NCBI GenBank assembly: GCA_050173015.1
Contig: JBFXLE010000018.1
Span: 1-64,000 of the forward strand
Source of the DNA: Calditrichaceae bacterium
Lineage (GTDB): Bacteria; Calditrichota; Calditrichia; Calditrichales; JBFXGD01
Length of the DNA stretch: 64,000 bases
Direction of reading: 5' to 3'
Position 1 is the stretch's first letter. Each line of letters starts with the position of its first letter. Positions 52,632 to 61,114 of the stretch are shown piece by piece. The notes beneath the pieces are model-generated. The model was given only the letters and a program-made list of their open reading frames with translations, was not told where the DNA came from and did no database searches. The translations under genes and the position numbers were made by a program.

Positions 52632-53459
52632 ATGAAAAATAAAATATTAGAAATCATTGTGACATTAAAGTCGAAATTCAAATCGTACTATACTGAATTA
52701 AAAAAAGATAATCGTACACTCCGGAAATTCCTGATCAGTCTCTTTTCACCCGTGATTATCGTTATACTACTCTTCCTTATCTTGCCGCTGACATGCGCAA
52801 ATAATGAATCCCTTTCTCCGGAAACCTCTGGTGAAGATACAAAATCTGTTAAAAAGTCCGAAGCAAATTTGGGAGAATTGGAAACAGAGGAACATTTCTG
52901 GAAGAATCGTATTAAGCTGGCAAAGGATGATTCAATTTATCTGGTGATTAATCTCAGGGACAGCCTGGCGATTCTCGAAATAAAAGGCGTACCGCTTAGA
53001 GAAAGCAGGATTATCACATATGACAAAAGCAGCCTTTTGGCCGCCGGTAACAGATTCATTCATGTAGAATCCGCTTATACGCTTCAGAATGACTGGGCGA
53101 CGGTCACAAAAGCTCCTATAAAAGTGAAAATAGCCCCTAAGGACACCATTGAAGCCGGAAAAGCTGAGCAGCAACAGATTTACAATGAGGAGAGTGATGT
53201 CAGTTATACGCTGCTTTTTGATCATGATATGAGAGTCGAAATCAGACAATCCGATGAATCCTTTATTCACAAACGACTGCATTTTATGTATTACCATTTG
53301 AAATCCGTATATTTTCAATTAAGCGGGGATTTCAAAGAATTCTCGCGTTTAAGGCCGCCCAAAACCCAATTATGGCTTGAATTGGATCTCGCGAAGGATG
53401 ACGCGAAAGCTATTTATCGCGCCCTGCCTGTGAACGCGAAAATGCTGATATATTTATAG
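52632..53459 (+). CDS. Membrane-anchored protein with probable degenerate YkuD fold
   Basis: IYLVINLRDSLAILEIKG and DDAKAIYRALPVNAKMLIYL match YkuD termini; no HGT or GC catalytic motif; starts 1 nt after the upstream stop. Confidence 0.65.
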   Translation: MKNKILEIIVTLKSKFKSYYTELKKDNRTLRKFLISLFSPVIIVILLFLILPLTCANNESLSPETSGEDTKSVKKSEANLGELETEEHFWKNRIKLAKDDSIYLVINLRDSLAILEIKGVPLRESRIITYDKSSLLAAGNRFIHVESAYTLQNDWATVTKAPIKVKIAPKDTIEAGKAEQQQIYNEESDVSYTLLFDHDMRVEIRQSDESFIHKRLHFMYYHLKSVYFQLSGDFKEFSRLRPPKTQLWLELDLAKDDAKAIYRALPVNAKMLIYL

Positions 53460-53486
53460 ATTGAAATTCAGGAAATGATTGAGATG

Positions 53487-53523
53487 AAAAAGATACTGTC
53501 CAAAAGCAATTGGACAGTATCTT
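53487..53523. terminator. Terminator between the convergent LDT operon and tatA
   Basis: 14-bp perfect stem AAGATACTGTCCAA-AAGCAA-TTGGACAGTATCTT; T tract follows on the minus strand. Confidence 0.8.
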
Positions 53524-53548
53524 AATCTGAAAGTCCTGTCACGCGAAA

Positions 53549-53572
53549 CCCACGATTGAACTCGTGGGCTAT
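53549..53572 (-). repeat. Isolated REP-like / IS200-IS605-end-like palindrome
   Basis: Minus strand ATAGCCCACGAGTTCAATCGTGGG; stem CCCACGA/TCGTGGG; resembles AGCCCACG-TTCAA-CGTGGG hairpins associated with Y1 transposases. Confidence 0.45.
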
Positions 53573-53585
53573 TAAGGCAACGGTG

Positions 53586-53798
53586 TTAGTCTGTTAACCC
53601 ATGCGCTTTTTTTGAAGCTGATTGATTGATTTCCAGGTCACCCTGTATATCAGATACTGCCGAATGGAGACCTCTTTTAAATTCATTTACGCTGCTTCCA
53701 AGAGCTTTGGCCATTTCCGGCAGCCTTTTTGATCCGAAAAACAGCAAGATCACTAAAAATATGACCATCAGCTCTCCAAATCCGATGCTCCCTAACAT
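53586..53798 (-). CDS. tatA: Twin-arginine translocase TatA/TatE subunit
   Basis: IGFGELMVIFLVILLFFGSKRLPEMAKALGSSVNEFKRG; GAGG RBS. Confidence 0.92.
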   Translation of the reverse strand: MLGSIGFGELMVIFLVILLFFGSKRLPEMAKALGSSVNEFKRGLHSAVSDIQGDLEINQSASKKAHGLTD

Positions 53799-53962
53799 TT
53801 CTTCCTCACTTTTATTAATGTTTTCTCTAAAAAGTATATTTATGTATTTTATTTAGCCCGGATTTGATTAAGATCCGGGCATATCAGACAGCTCAACACA
53901 CTTGATATCCTATCTGATCACAAAAATATGTTTCACTGTTAAATGAATACCTGATGACCAGA

Positions 53963-54124
53963 TCAGGCCTTTTTTAATCTTTTCACATTTTTTACGGGTG
54001 GAAGATCATTTGGTTTATTTTTCTTGGTGTCGGAAGTTAATCCGATATAAAACACATAGACCATCAGACCAAATAACGTGACGCCCATCGTAACCACCAG
54101 GGCTATATCAATAATTTCATTCAT
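53963..54124 (-). CDS. 53-aa single-pass membrane microprotein (not in the ORF track)
   Basis: Hand translation MNEIIDIALVVTMGVTLFGLMVYVFYIGLTSDTKKNKPNDLPPVKNVKRLKKA*; AAAGGAG RBS 8 nt upstream; TM helix then basic tail. Confidence 0.72.
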   Translation of the reverse strand: MNEIIDIALVVTMGVTLFGLMVYVFYIGLTSDTKKNKPNDLPPVKNVKRLKKA

Positions 54125-54225
54125 TGGGGTACTCCTTTGATTGATTGCAAAAACTCAAAACACCTGTTTTTATCAAGCATTCTTAAAATCAGAATGTAAA
54201 ATTAAAACAAATTTTGAGAGCGCAC

Positions 54226-54597
54226 TCAACCATCCGAAGTATGGAGAGCTAACGGAAGTTTATAAATAATAAACGGGGAATTTTTAAATAAAGCATTGTT
54301 CTGCAGGTAGTCGCGGATGCTTTCATCCTGAGTCGCGTCGACACCAGATCTTGAATTTAGATAGAGAACCTGAATTTGATTACCCTGGAGAGTTCTCGTC
54401 TCCTGATAATTCTGCGTCCATGTGTATTCATCCGCGTTCATAATCGCCAATGAATTCATGTTATCAGAAATACCATCCGGTTCTGAACACGCATGACTCG
54501 CCTGTCCGTGATTGAACGGCAGCAACAATAATACCTGGACCAGTATCACGGTTATGGCGGTAATTTTCTTTATCAGATTCATTAAAGCTTTTCTCAA
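54226..54597 (-). CDS. Hypothetical exported protein (likely 118 aa from ATG 54582)
   Basis: Signal-peptide-like MNLIKKITAITVILVQVLLLL…ASHA; polar middle; ends PLALHTSDG. Confidence 0.6.
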   Translation of the reverse strand: MRKALMNLIKKITAITVILVQVLLLLPFNHGQASHACSEPDGISDNMNSLAIMNADEYTWTQNYQETRTLQGNQIQVLYLNSRSGVDATQDESIRDYLQNNALFKNSPFIIYKLPLALHTSDG

Positions 54598-54766
54598 ATG
54601 ATATTCGTATAAACGTAAAATTACGAATATTTGTTTCCAATAAGCAATGGCGATTTTAAAGATTTTAAAATTTTATTGGTTTATTTTTCTCGCCGCGAGC
54701 CGCATTATTCAGATCACAAAAAATTAATTATCAAACGGACGGGCATGCTTGAAATTTTATAAAAAA

Positions 54767-55630
54767 TCAGGTAGCCGGATTTACGGCATTGTAAAGCGCC
54801 GAATAGTCTTCTTCCTTTAATCCTTTTTCAATCGCATCGACAAGGATCTTTCGCACACCTTCAAGTTGCGCAGTATTCAAACCGGCCTTTGACGATGAGT
54901 TAAGAATTAGGTCAACGTCTTTCAGGAGATGCTTCACCGGAAAGTTAGGAGGAATAAAATTACGGTTCTTCATATTATCCAGTTTTTTATCAAATGTCGG
55001 CGCGTACAAGGCGCTGTTTCGAAGTACACGCATAAAAATATCGGGATCAACACCGGCATGGAGCACCAGCCCCAGGCTAAGTGAAAATGAGGCGGTTAGT
55101 GAAGCAATGAGTTGATTAAGGGCTAATTTTAATGCGGATGCCTTTCCCACTTCCCCGATATGATAGACAGTTGAACCAAAAATTTTGAATAAACTCTCGT
55201 AAGTATTGAATTGTTTTTTTGTGCTTCCGGCCAGAATAAACAACTCCCCCGCTTTGACCTGCTGAATACTGCCCAAAACCGGGGCTTCAAGATATTCCGC
55301 GTTGTAATCTGAAAATTTTTCCATAAGACGCCGGCTATCGTCCGGCGCGATTGTCCCCATCTGGATGATGGTTTTTTCTGCGAGAGACGTTTGAATTTCT
55401 GCAGACAACATGGTTTCATTAACCGCTTTAAAATCCGAAAGCATCAGGATAATAACATCGGAGTTCATCACGGCTTCCCGCGGATCTCCAGCTAAACGCG
55501 CTCCCTGCTCAACCAACAAACCGACCTTTCCGGCTGTCCTGTTAAAAACAGTTAATTCATACCCGTTTTTTAAGAGCCTTTGAGCCATGGGAAAACCCAT
55601 TAATCCTGTTCCCACAAGGGATATTTTCAT
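54767..55630 (-). CDS. NAD(P)-dependent oxidoreductase, beta-hydroxyacid dehydrogenase family
   Basis: GTGLMGFPMA, FNRT, EAPVLGS, LKLALN, HLLKDV. Confidence 0.9.
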   Translation of the reverse strand: MKISLVGTGLMGFPMAQRLLKNGYELTVFNRTAGKVGLLVEQGARLAGDPREAVMNSDVIILMLSDFKAVNETMLSAEIQTSLAEKTIIQMGTIAPDDSRRLMEKFSDYNAEYLEAPVLGSIQQVKAGELFILAGSTKKQFNTYESLFKIFGSTVYHIGEVGKASALKLALNQLIASLTASFSLSLGLVLHAGVDPDIFMRVLRNSALYAPTFDKKLDNMKNRNFIPPNFPVKHLLKDVDLILNSSSKAGLNTAQLEGVRKILVDAIEKGLKEEDYSALYNAVNPAT

Positions 55631-55689
55631 GTCGCTGCCTCCCGTTCATTTTTGTCTTCTCCGAACTGCGTCAAATTGCCAATCTTCTC

Positions 55690-55720
55690 AAAAAAAAAGC
55701 CCCTCGATCGAGGGGCTTTT
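55690..55720 (-). terminator. Intrinsic terminator after dnaK
   Basis: AAAAGCCCCTCGATCGAGGGGCTTTT palindrome with an extended T tract on the minus strand. Confidence 0.9.
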
Positions 55721-55731
55721 GGCTATATACA

Positions 55732-57672
55732 TTAATTCTTTTGGTCGTCGTCAACAACTTCATAATCAGCGTCTTCGACTTTTCCTTTTTGAGCTTTTCC
55801 ATCAGCGCCGCCGTCTGTTTGTCCCGCTCCGGCAGCACCTGCTCCCATATCCGGCCCGGGCTGTCCCTGAGCCGCGCCCTGAGCGTACATTTTTTGAGCT
55901 GCTTCATTCCAAACCGCATTCGCGGCATCAAAAGCTGACTTAATTTCATCTTTATTGGTGCCTTTCAAGGCTTCCTTTAGCCTGCCGATCGCCGTTTCAA
56001 TTTTTGATTTATCATCGGCGCTGATTTTATCACCAAGTTCTGTGAGCTGTTTTTCTGTCTGGTAAACCAAAGAATCAGCCTGATTGCGTGTTTCGATCTC
56101 TTCTTTTTTCAATTTGTCTTCAGAAGCGTGAGCCTGCGCGTCTTTTTTCATTTTTTCAATTTCCTGCTCAGACAATCCGCTGGAAGCTTCGATACGAATG
56201 CTCTGCTCCTTACCCGTGGCTTTATCTTTTGCCGATACATGCAGAATTCCGTTCGCGTCAACATCAAAAGTCACTTCAACCTGCGGAACGCCTCTAGGTG
56301 CAGGTGGAATACCGTCAAGGAAGAATTTACCGAGTGAACGATTTCCGGCGGCCATCTGACGCTCACCCTGCAGAACATTAATTTCTACCGATGTCTGACT
56401 GTCAGCCGCGGTCGAGAATATCTGTGATTTTTTCGTTGGAATCGTCGTATTGGATTCGATCAATTTTGTTGAAACCCCGCCAAGTGTTTCGATACCCAGT
56501 GACAACGGGATCACATCGAGAAGAAGAATGTCGTTTACTTCACCGGTTAATACCGCGCCCTGAATAGCCGCGCCGAGAGCGACAACTTCATCCGGATTCA
56601 CACCCTTATGCGGTTCTTTTCCAAAATATTGTTTTACGATCTCCTGGACCTTTGGAATACGTGTAGAACCGCCAACGAGAATGACCTCGTCTATATCGTC
56701 GGTTTTCAGATTCGCGTCTTTTAACGCAATTTTACATGGTTCAAGCGCTCTCTGCACCAGGTCGTCAACAAGCTGTTCAAATTTTGACCGGCTGAGCGTA
56801 ATATTTAAATGCTTTGGACCGGATTCAGTTGCCGTAATAAACGGCAGATTAACCTCCGTCTGCATTGATGAAGAAAGCTCAATTTTCGCTTTTTCCGCTG
56901 CTTCTTTCAGTCTCTGAAGCGCCATTGGATCTTTCCGAAGGTCAACCCCTTCTTCCTTCTTAAAGTGATCCGCGAGAAACTCAATGATTCTCTGATCGAA
57001 GTCGTCACCACCCAGATGTGTATCACCGTTTGTCGATTTTACTTCAACAACATTGTCACCGATTTCAAGTATGGATATATCAAAAGTACCACCGCCAAGG
57101 TCGAATACGGCAATTTTTTCATCTGATTTTTTATCAAGACCGTACGCGAGAGATGCTGCCGTCGGCTCATTGATGATTCGTTTAACATCAAGACCCGCTA
57201 TTCTTCCGGCATCTTTAGTAGCCTGCCGCTGAGCATCATTAAAGTAAGCGGGAACCGTAATCACCGCTTCAGTCACCTTCTCGCCAAGATAATCCTCGGC
57301 AGTCTGTTTCATTTTCTGCAGAATCATCGCGGATATTTCCGGAGGTGAATACTGTTTATCTGTGACATCTACCATCACAACGTCATTTGTGCCTTTTTTA
57401 ACTTTATAAGGAACTTCTTTCATTTCATTGCTGACTTCATTGTAAAAGCGACCCATGAAGCGTTTAATCGAGAAAACAGTGTTCTCAGGATTAGTAACCG
57501 CCTGACGCTTTGCAGAAGCACCGACAAGCCGTTCACCTTTTTTTGTAAAAGCGACAACCGAAGGAGTTGTACGACCACCTTCCGAATTTGGAATCACAAC
57601 CGGTTCCCCGCCTTCCATCACCGCGACTACCGAGTTCGTCGTTCCAAGGTCAATTCCTATGATTTTTCCCAT
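55732..57672 (-). CDS. dnaK: Hsp70 chaperone DnaK
   Basis: [51 protein letters not shown] tail. Confidence 0.99.
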   Translation of the reverse strand: MGKIIGIDLGTTNSVVAVMEGGEPVVIPNSEGGRTTPSVVAFTKKGERLVGASAKRQAVTNPENTVFSIKRFMGRFYNEVSNEMKEVPYKVKKGTNDVVMVDVTDKQYSPPEISAMILQKMKQTAEDYLGEKVTEAVITVPAYFNDAQRQATKDAGRIAGLDVKRIINEPTAASLAYGLDKKSDEKIAVFDLGGGTFDISILEIGDNVVEVKSTNGDTHLGGDDFDQRIIEFLADHFKKEEGVDLRKDPMALQRLKEAAEKAKIELSSSMQTEVNLPFITATESGPKHLNITLSRSKFEQLVDDLVQRALEPCKIALKDANLKTDDIDEVILVGGSTRIPKVQEIVKQYFGKEPHKGVNPDEVVALGAAIQGAVLTGEVNDILLLDVIPLSLGIETLGGVSTKLIESNTTIPTKKSQIFSTAADSQTSVEINVLQGERQMAAGNRSLGKFFLDGIPPAPRGVPQVEVTFDVDANGILHVSAKDKATGKEQSIRIEASSGLSEQEIEKMKKDAQAHASEDKLKKEEIETRNQADSLVYQTEKQLTELGDKISADDKSKIETAIGRLKEALKGTNKDEIKSAFDAANAVWNEAAQKMYAQGAAQGQPGPDMGAGAAGAGQTDGGADGKAQKGKVEDADYEVVDDDQKN

Positions 57673-57721
57673 TAGTTATTCTCCTGGTTATAATAAATAC
57701 ACAATTTTTACATAAAGAACT

Positions 57722-57736
57722 ACAATAAATATGCCA
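57722..57736 (-). promoter_or_regulatory. sigma54-like promoter of dnaK
   Basis: Minus strand TGGCATATTTATTGT (GG-N10-GT), about 50 nt upstream of the ATG. Confidence 0.55.
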
Positions 57737-57906
57737 AAACCATTTCAACTCCTGTAAATCTTATATTTACAACGTCTTGGACGCATTTATCCACTCAAGT
57801 CCTTATGAATTCCCCAAAATCAAATTCCGACATATTGACAGATTTCACGTGATATGTCAGGTTGCCCGCAATAATCACTGCCATCTTTGGTAACGATCAT
57901 TTCTAA

Positions 57907-57941
57907 AATAAAAATGCCGCCCGGATGGACGGCATTTTATT
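57907..57941 (-). terminator. Intrinsic terminator after degP
   Basis: AAAATGCCG…CGGCATTTT inverted repeat flanked by A/T tracts. Confidence 0.8.
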
Positions 57942-57964
57942 TATCGCTTTATAAAAAATATAAT

Positions 57965-59488
57965 TTACGGAATCTGTATGAACAACAACCGATCAAAATT
58001 CTGTCCGGTCATTTTTCTTCTTATTTTCAGTTTTATGACATCACCCTTGCTGTATTTTGAAAGGCGATTATGAAAATCATCGACGGATTCAATATTTTTA
58101 CCTTCCATCTGATAAATGATATCACCTTCACCGATGCCAGCTCTTACCGCGGCGCTGTAATTGGTTACCGAGTAAACTTCAACACCACTTTTTAACTCGA
58201 GATTTTTTAACCGGGCGCCGGTCAGATCCCTGACTTTCATACCCAGGTTAGGAATATTTTTCTCCATTTTTTGTTCCGGCTTCTCCGCGATCCCCTGGGT
58301 TTCCAGATCGTCCCTTCCCTCAAGAACGGCGCTCAGACTCATCTTTTTCCCGTTTCGCCAAACTTCCAGCTGCACTTTTTCCCCTGGATTATAGGTTCCT
58401 ATCTTAGCCTGAAGTTCGTTTGGCTGGTTTACTGCTTTTCCGTTGACGGTCAGGACAACATCCCCTTCTTTCAGTCCGGCTTTCTCCGCCGATTTTCCGG
58501 GAATGACGCTTGAGATAAACACTCCGCGCGGTTTATCCATTTTGACGCCCTTAGCTTTTACGGGATTCATCGCTTCGATATAAACACCAAGATATCCGCG
58601 GCGAACTTCACCGAATTTTAGTAAATCGTCCACTACGCTTTTCGCGATATTGATCGGCACAGAGAATCCATATCCCATGTAATAATTTGTCCGGGTCGCG
58701 ATGGCTGAATTTACGCCGATGACTTCACCCTCCAGATTGACAAGCGCCCCTCCGCTGTTACCGGGATTGATCGCCGCGTCGGTTTGAATGAAATTTTCAA
58801 TGCCGTTCGGCATATTCTGGTCACGAAGAATATTAATATCTCGGCTTAGAGCGCTAACGATACCCGCCGTCACGGTTGATGTCAGATTCAACGGACTTCC
58901 CATTGCCATAACCCATTCACCGATTTGAACATTATCCGAATTCCCGAGAACGGCAATCGGCAGATCCTCCGCCTCTATTTTTATCAGGGCGATATCGGTT
59001 GTCGGATCGGTTCCGATGATTTTTGCCTCATATTCGGTGTTATCGAGCAGCTTGACATTGAGCTCATCAACATCGTTTACCACATGATGATTTGTCAAAA
59101 TATATCCGTCTTTGCTGATGATAATTCCTGATCCAAGTCCGTTTTGCGGCACTTCGCTCTGGAACTCATCTTCCGGTACATCCTGCCGGTCCCTAAAGAA
59201 TCTGTAAAACGGATGTACTTTGATATTTTTTGTGGTGTATATCGCGACGATCGACGGACGTACCTTTTTTACCATATCCACGAACATAGCGTTGGGATTA
59301 AAATTTCCGGCGGTCGATATCTGTTGCGGTTGATCAGCCTCTCTGGATTCGGTGTAAATTTTATTCTCATCAACAGCCGCGTTACTTTTCGAATGTATGT
59401 TAAAATTGGTAGTAAGCACCACACCGATAATGATTCCCATGGTTACAAACCCGGCGATAACGATAAATGAGTTCTTCAAATTTCTCAT
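57965..59488 (-). CDS. degP: Do/DegP (HtrA) serine protease with two PDZ domains
   Basis: LTNHHVV, TDIALIKI, QTDAAINPGNSGGAL; N-terminal TM/signal. Confidence 0.93.
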   Translation of the reverse strand: MRNLKNSFIVIAGFVTMGIIIGVVLTTNFNIHSKSNAAVDENKIYTESREADQPQQISTAGNFNPNAMFVDMVKKVRPSIVAIYTTKNIKVHPFYRFFRDRQDVPEDEFQSEVPQNGLGSGIIISKDGYILTNHHVVNDVDELNVKLLDNTEYEAKIIGTDPTTDIALIKIEAEDLPIAVLGNSDNVQIGEWVMAMGSPLNLTSTVTAGIVSALSRDINILRDQNMPNGIENFIQTDAAINPGNSGGALVNLEGEVIGVNSAIATRTNYYMGYGFSVPINIAKSVVDDLLKFGEVRRGYLGVYIEAMNPVKAKGVKMDKPRGVFISSVIPGKSAEKAGLKEGDVVLTVNGKAVNQPNELQAKIGTYNPGEKVQLEVWRNGKKMSLSAVLEGRDDLETQGIAEKPEQKMEKNIPNLGMKVRDLTGARLKNLELKSGVEVYSVTNYSAAVRAGIGEGDIIYQMEGKNIESVDDFHNRLSKYSKGDVIKLKIRRKMTGQNFDRLLFIQIP

Positions 59489-59533
59489 GATCAGCCCTCA
59501 CTCAGAATAGTAATTATTATATCATTTTATAAA

Positions 59534-60217
59534 TTAATCTCTTCCTCTAATAAGCAACAGTCGAATTAGCTGCATCAGCGCCATAGCGGCAGCAGCCACA
59601 TACGTCATGGCAGCGGCATTCAACACTTTTTTCGCGCCGGTTATTTCCTGACTGACAAGCAGCCCGTTTGATTCCAACTGCACCAGGGCGCGGGTGCTCG
59701 CGTTAAACTCGACCGGCAGGGTTACCAGGTGGAACAGAACCACCGCGGCAAAAAAGACGATTCCCAGATCCATCAGAAAAGGCGTGTTCATAAACATACC
59801 GATCAGAAACAACGGGAACGCCGCCCAGGACGCGATATTAGTTACCGGCAAAATGGTGTGTCTCATCTGAAGCGGGGCATATCCCACATTATGCTGTATG
59901 GCGTGCCCAACTTCATGCGCGGCGACGGCGAGAGCCGAGAGAGAACGGCCGCGGAAATTGTTTTCCGACAAACGTACCTTTTTCACCCTGGGATCATAGT
60001 GATCGCTCAACTCACCGGCAACCGGTTCAATCTCCACATCGGTAATGCCATTTTGATTTAATATGAATCTGGCCGCGTCCGCGCCTGTCATTCCTCTGGA
60101 TGAGCTGATATTCTGGAATTTTTTGAATGTTGATTTTACCTTAATTTGCGCCCAAATAGCAAAAATAAGTACCGGAACAAGCAGCAGCATGGTCGGATCG
60201 AAAAACGAAAAAGGCAT
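59534..60217 (-). CDS. Membrane zinc metallopeptidase (YugP/Zn_peptidase_2 family)
   Basis: LSDHYDP, AVAAHEVGHAIQ, TLPVEFNASTRA, LNAAAMTYVA. Confidence 0.92.
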   Translation of the reverse strand: MPFSFFDPTMLLLVPVLIFAIWAQIKVKSTFKKFQNISSSRGMTGADAARFILNQNGITDVEIEPVAGELSDHYDPRVKKVRLSENNFRGRSLSALAVAAHEVGHAIQHNVGYAPLQMRHTILPVTNIASWAAFPLFLIGMFMNTPFLMDLGIVFFAAVVLFHLVTLPVEFNASTRALVQLESNGLLVSQEITGAKKVLNAAAMTYVAAAAMALMQLIRLLLIRGRD

Positions 60218-60297
60218 TTCTTTCTCCTTAAAAGTGTTTTTTATTTTTTTTAATAAACGATTTTTTATTAAATTTGTTCATCTGTATCCTGATAATA

Positions 60298-60312
60298 ACA
60301 AATTTTGTGCCG
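60298..60312 (-). promoter_or_regulatory. sigma54-like promoter of the Zn-peptidase/degP unit
   Basis: Minus strand CGGCACAAAATTTGT (GG-N10-GT). Confidence 0.5.
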
Positions 60313-60619
60313 AACCTGAAATAATTACGTGTAAATCAGCAATATTCAACCGATCTGTTGCAAATCGATGGTCACAAGCTGTCAAAATTCGTCTTCTTTC
60401 GACGATTTTTTTTAAAATAGCGCGTTTGCAATCATTTTAATCATGATCGGGCCAATATGACGCATTTTACTACGCCTATTTGACAGAGTTCCGGAGACAG
60501 AAAAAAATTTTCAGGTTCTGAATGTAATAAGCGACCATTATTTGCTGCTTAAATACATGTCAACGGCATAAACGATGATTTGGATAAAAATATTCGCATG
60601 AGAGATAAGGTTTAAAAGG

Positions 60620-61114
60620 ATGAATGAAAAAATAATCATAGACGGATTTAACCTGGCGCATAAATTCCCTTCCATTCAACAAAAAATAAAATCAGGTGAA
60701 ATTGACACCGCCCTGACCTTAATCCTAAATCAGGTAAAAAAAATTCTCTCACCGAAGGTTTCAAGACTCATTGTAGTGTTCGACGGTACGGATAATCCGC
60801 ATCATTACCCTTCCGGTCACCCGAACATAAAGATCATGTTCTCAAGAAAACCGGAGACCGCGGACGATATCATTCGTAACTTCATCCGCAATACAAACGA
60901 TGTCAATGAATGGACTGTGGTCAGTTCGGATAATGAAATCCTGTTTACCGCGAGGGATCACGGCGCCAAAACCGCAAAATCCGAAAACTTTAAAAGGCGA
61001 ATAGACCGGGCGGGCCGCCCCGGACGGACCACACTTAACCCGGAAAAATATAACCCCGATGATGTGGATATTGACTACTGGAAATCTGTTTTTGGCGCGC
61101 AGGATGAAGAATGA
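60620..61114 (+). CDS. NYN/YacP-like PIN-fold nuclease
   Basis: IIIDGFNL, VVFDG, ETADDII, VVSSDNEI acidic motifs. Confidence 0.88.
   Translation: MNEKIIIDGFNLAHKFPSIQQKIKSGEIDTALTLILNQVKKILSPKVSRLIVVFDGTDNPHHYPSGHPNIKIMFSRKPETADDIIRNFIRNTNDVNEWTVVSSDNEILFTARDHGAKTAKSENFKRRIDRAGRPGRTTLNPEKYNPDDVDIDYWKSVFGAQDEE

Noticed and set aside
55587-55949. Overlapping ORFs at the dnaK 3' end (55587-55943, 55671-55949, 55741-55938)
   Set aside because: By-products of the GC-rich, low-complexity DnaK tail; two of them cross the terminator hairpin
57673-57906. CIRCE element upstream of dnaK
   Set aside because: No TTAGCACTC-N9-GAGTGCTAA match seen
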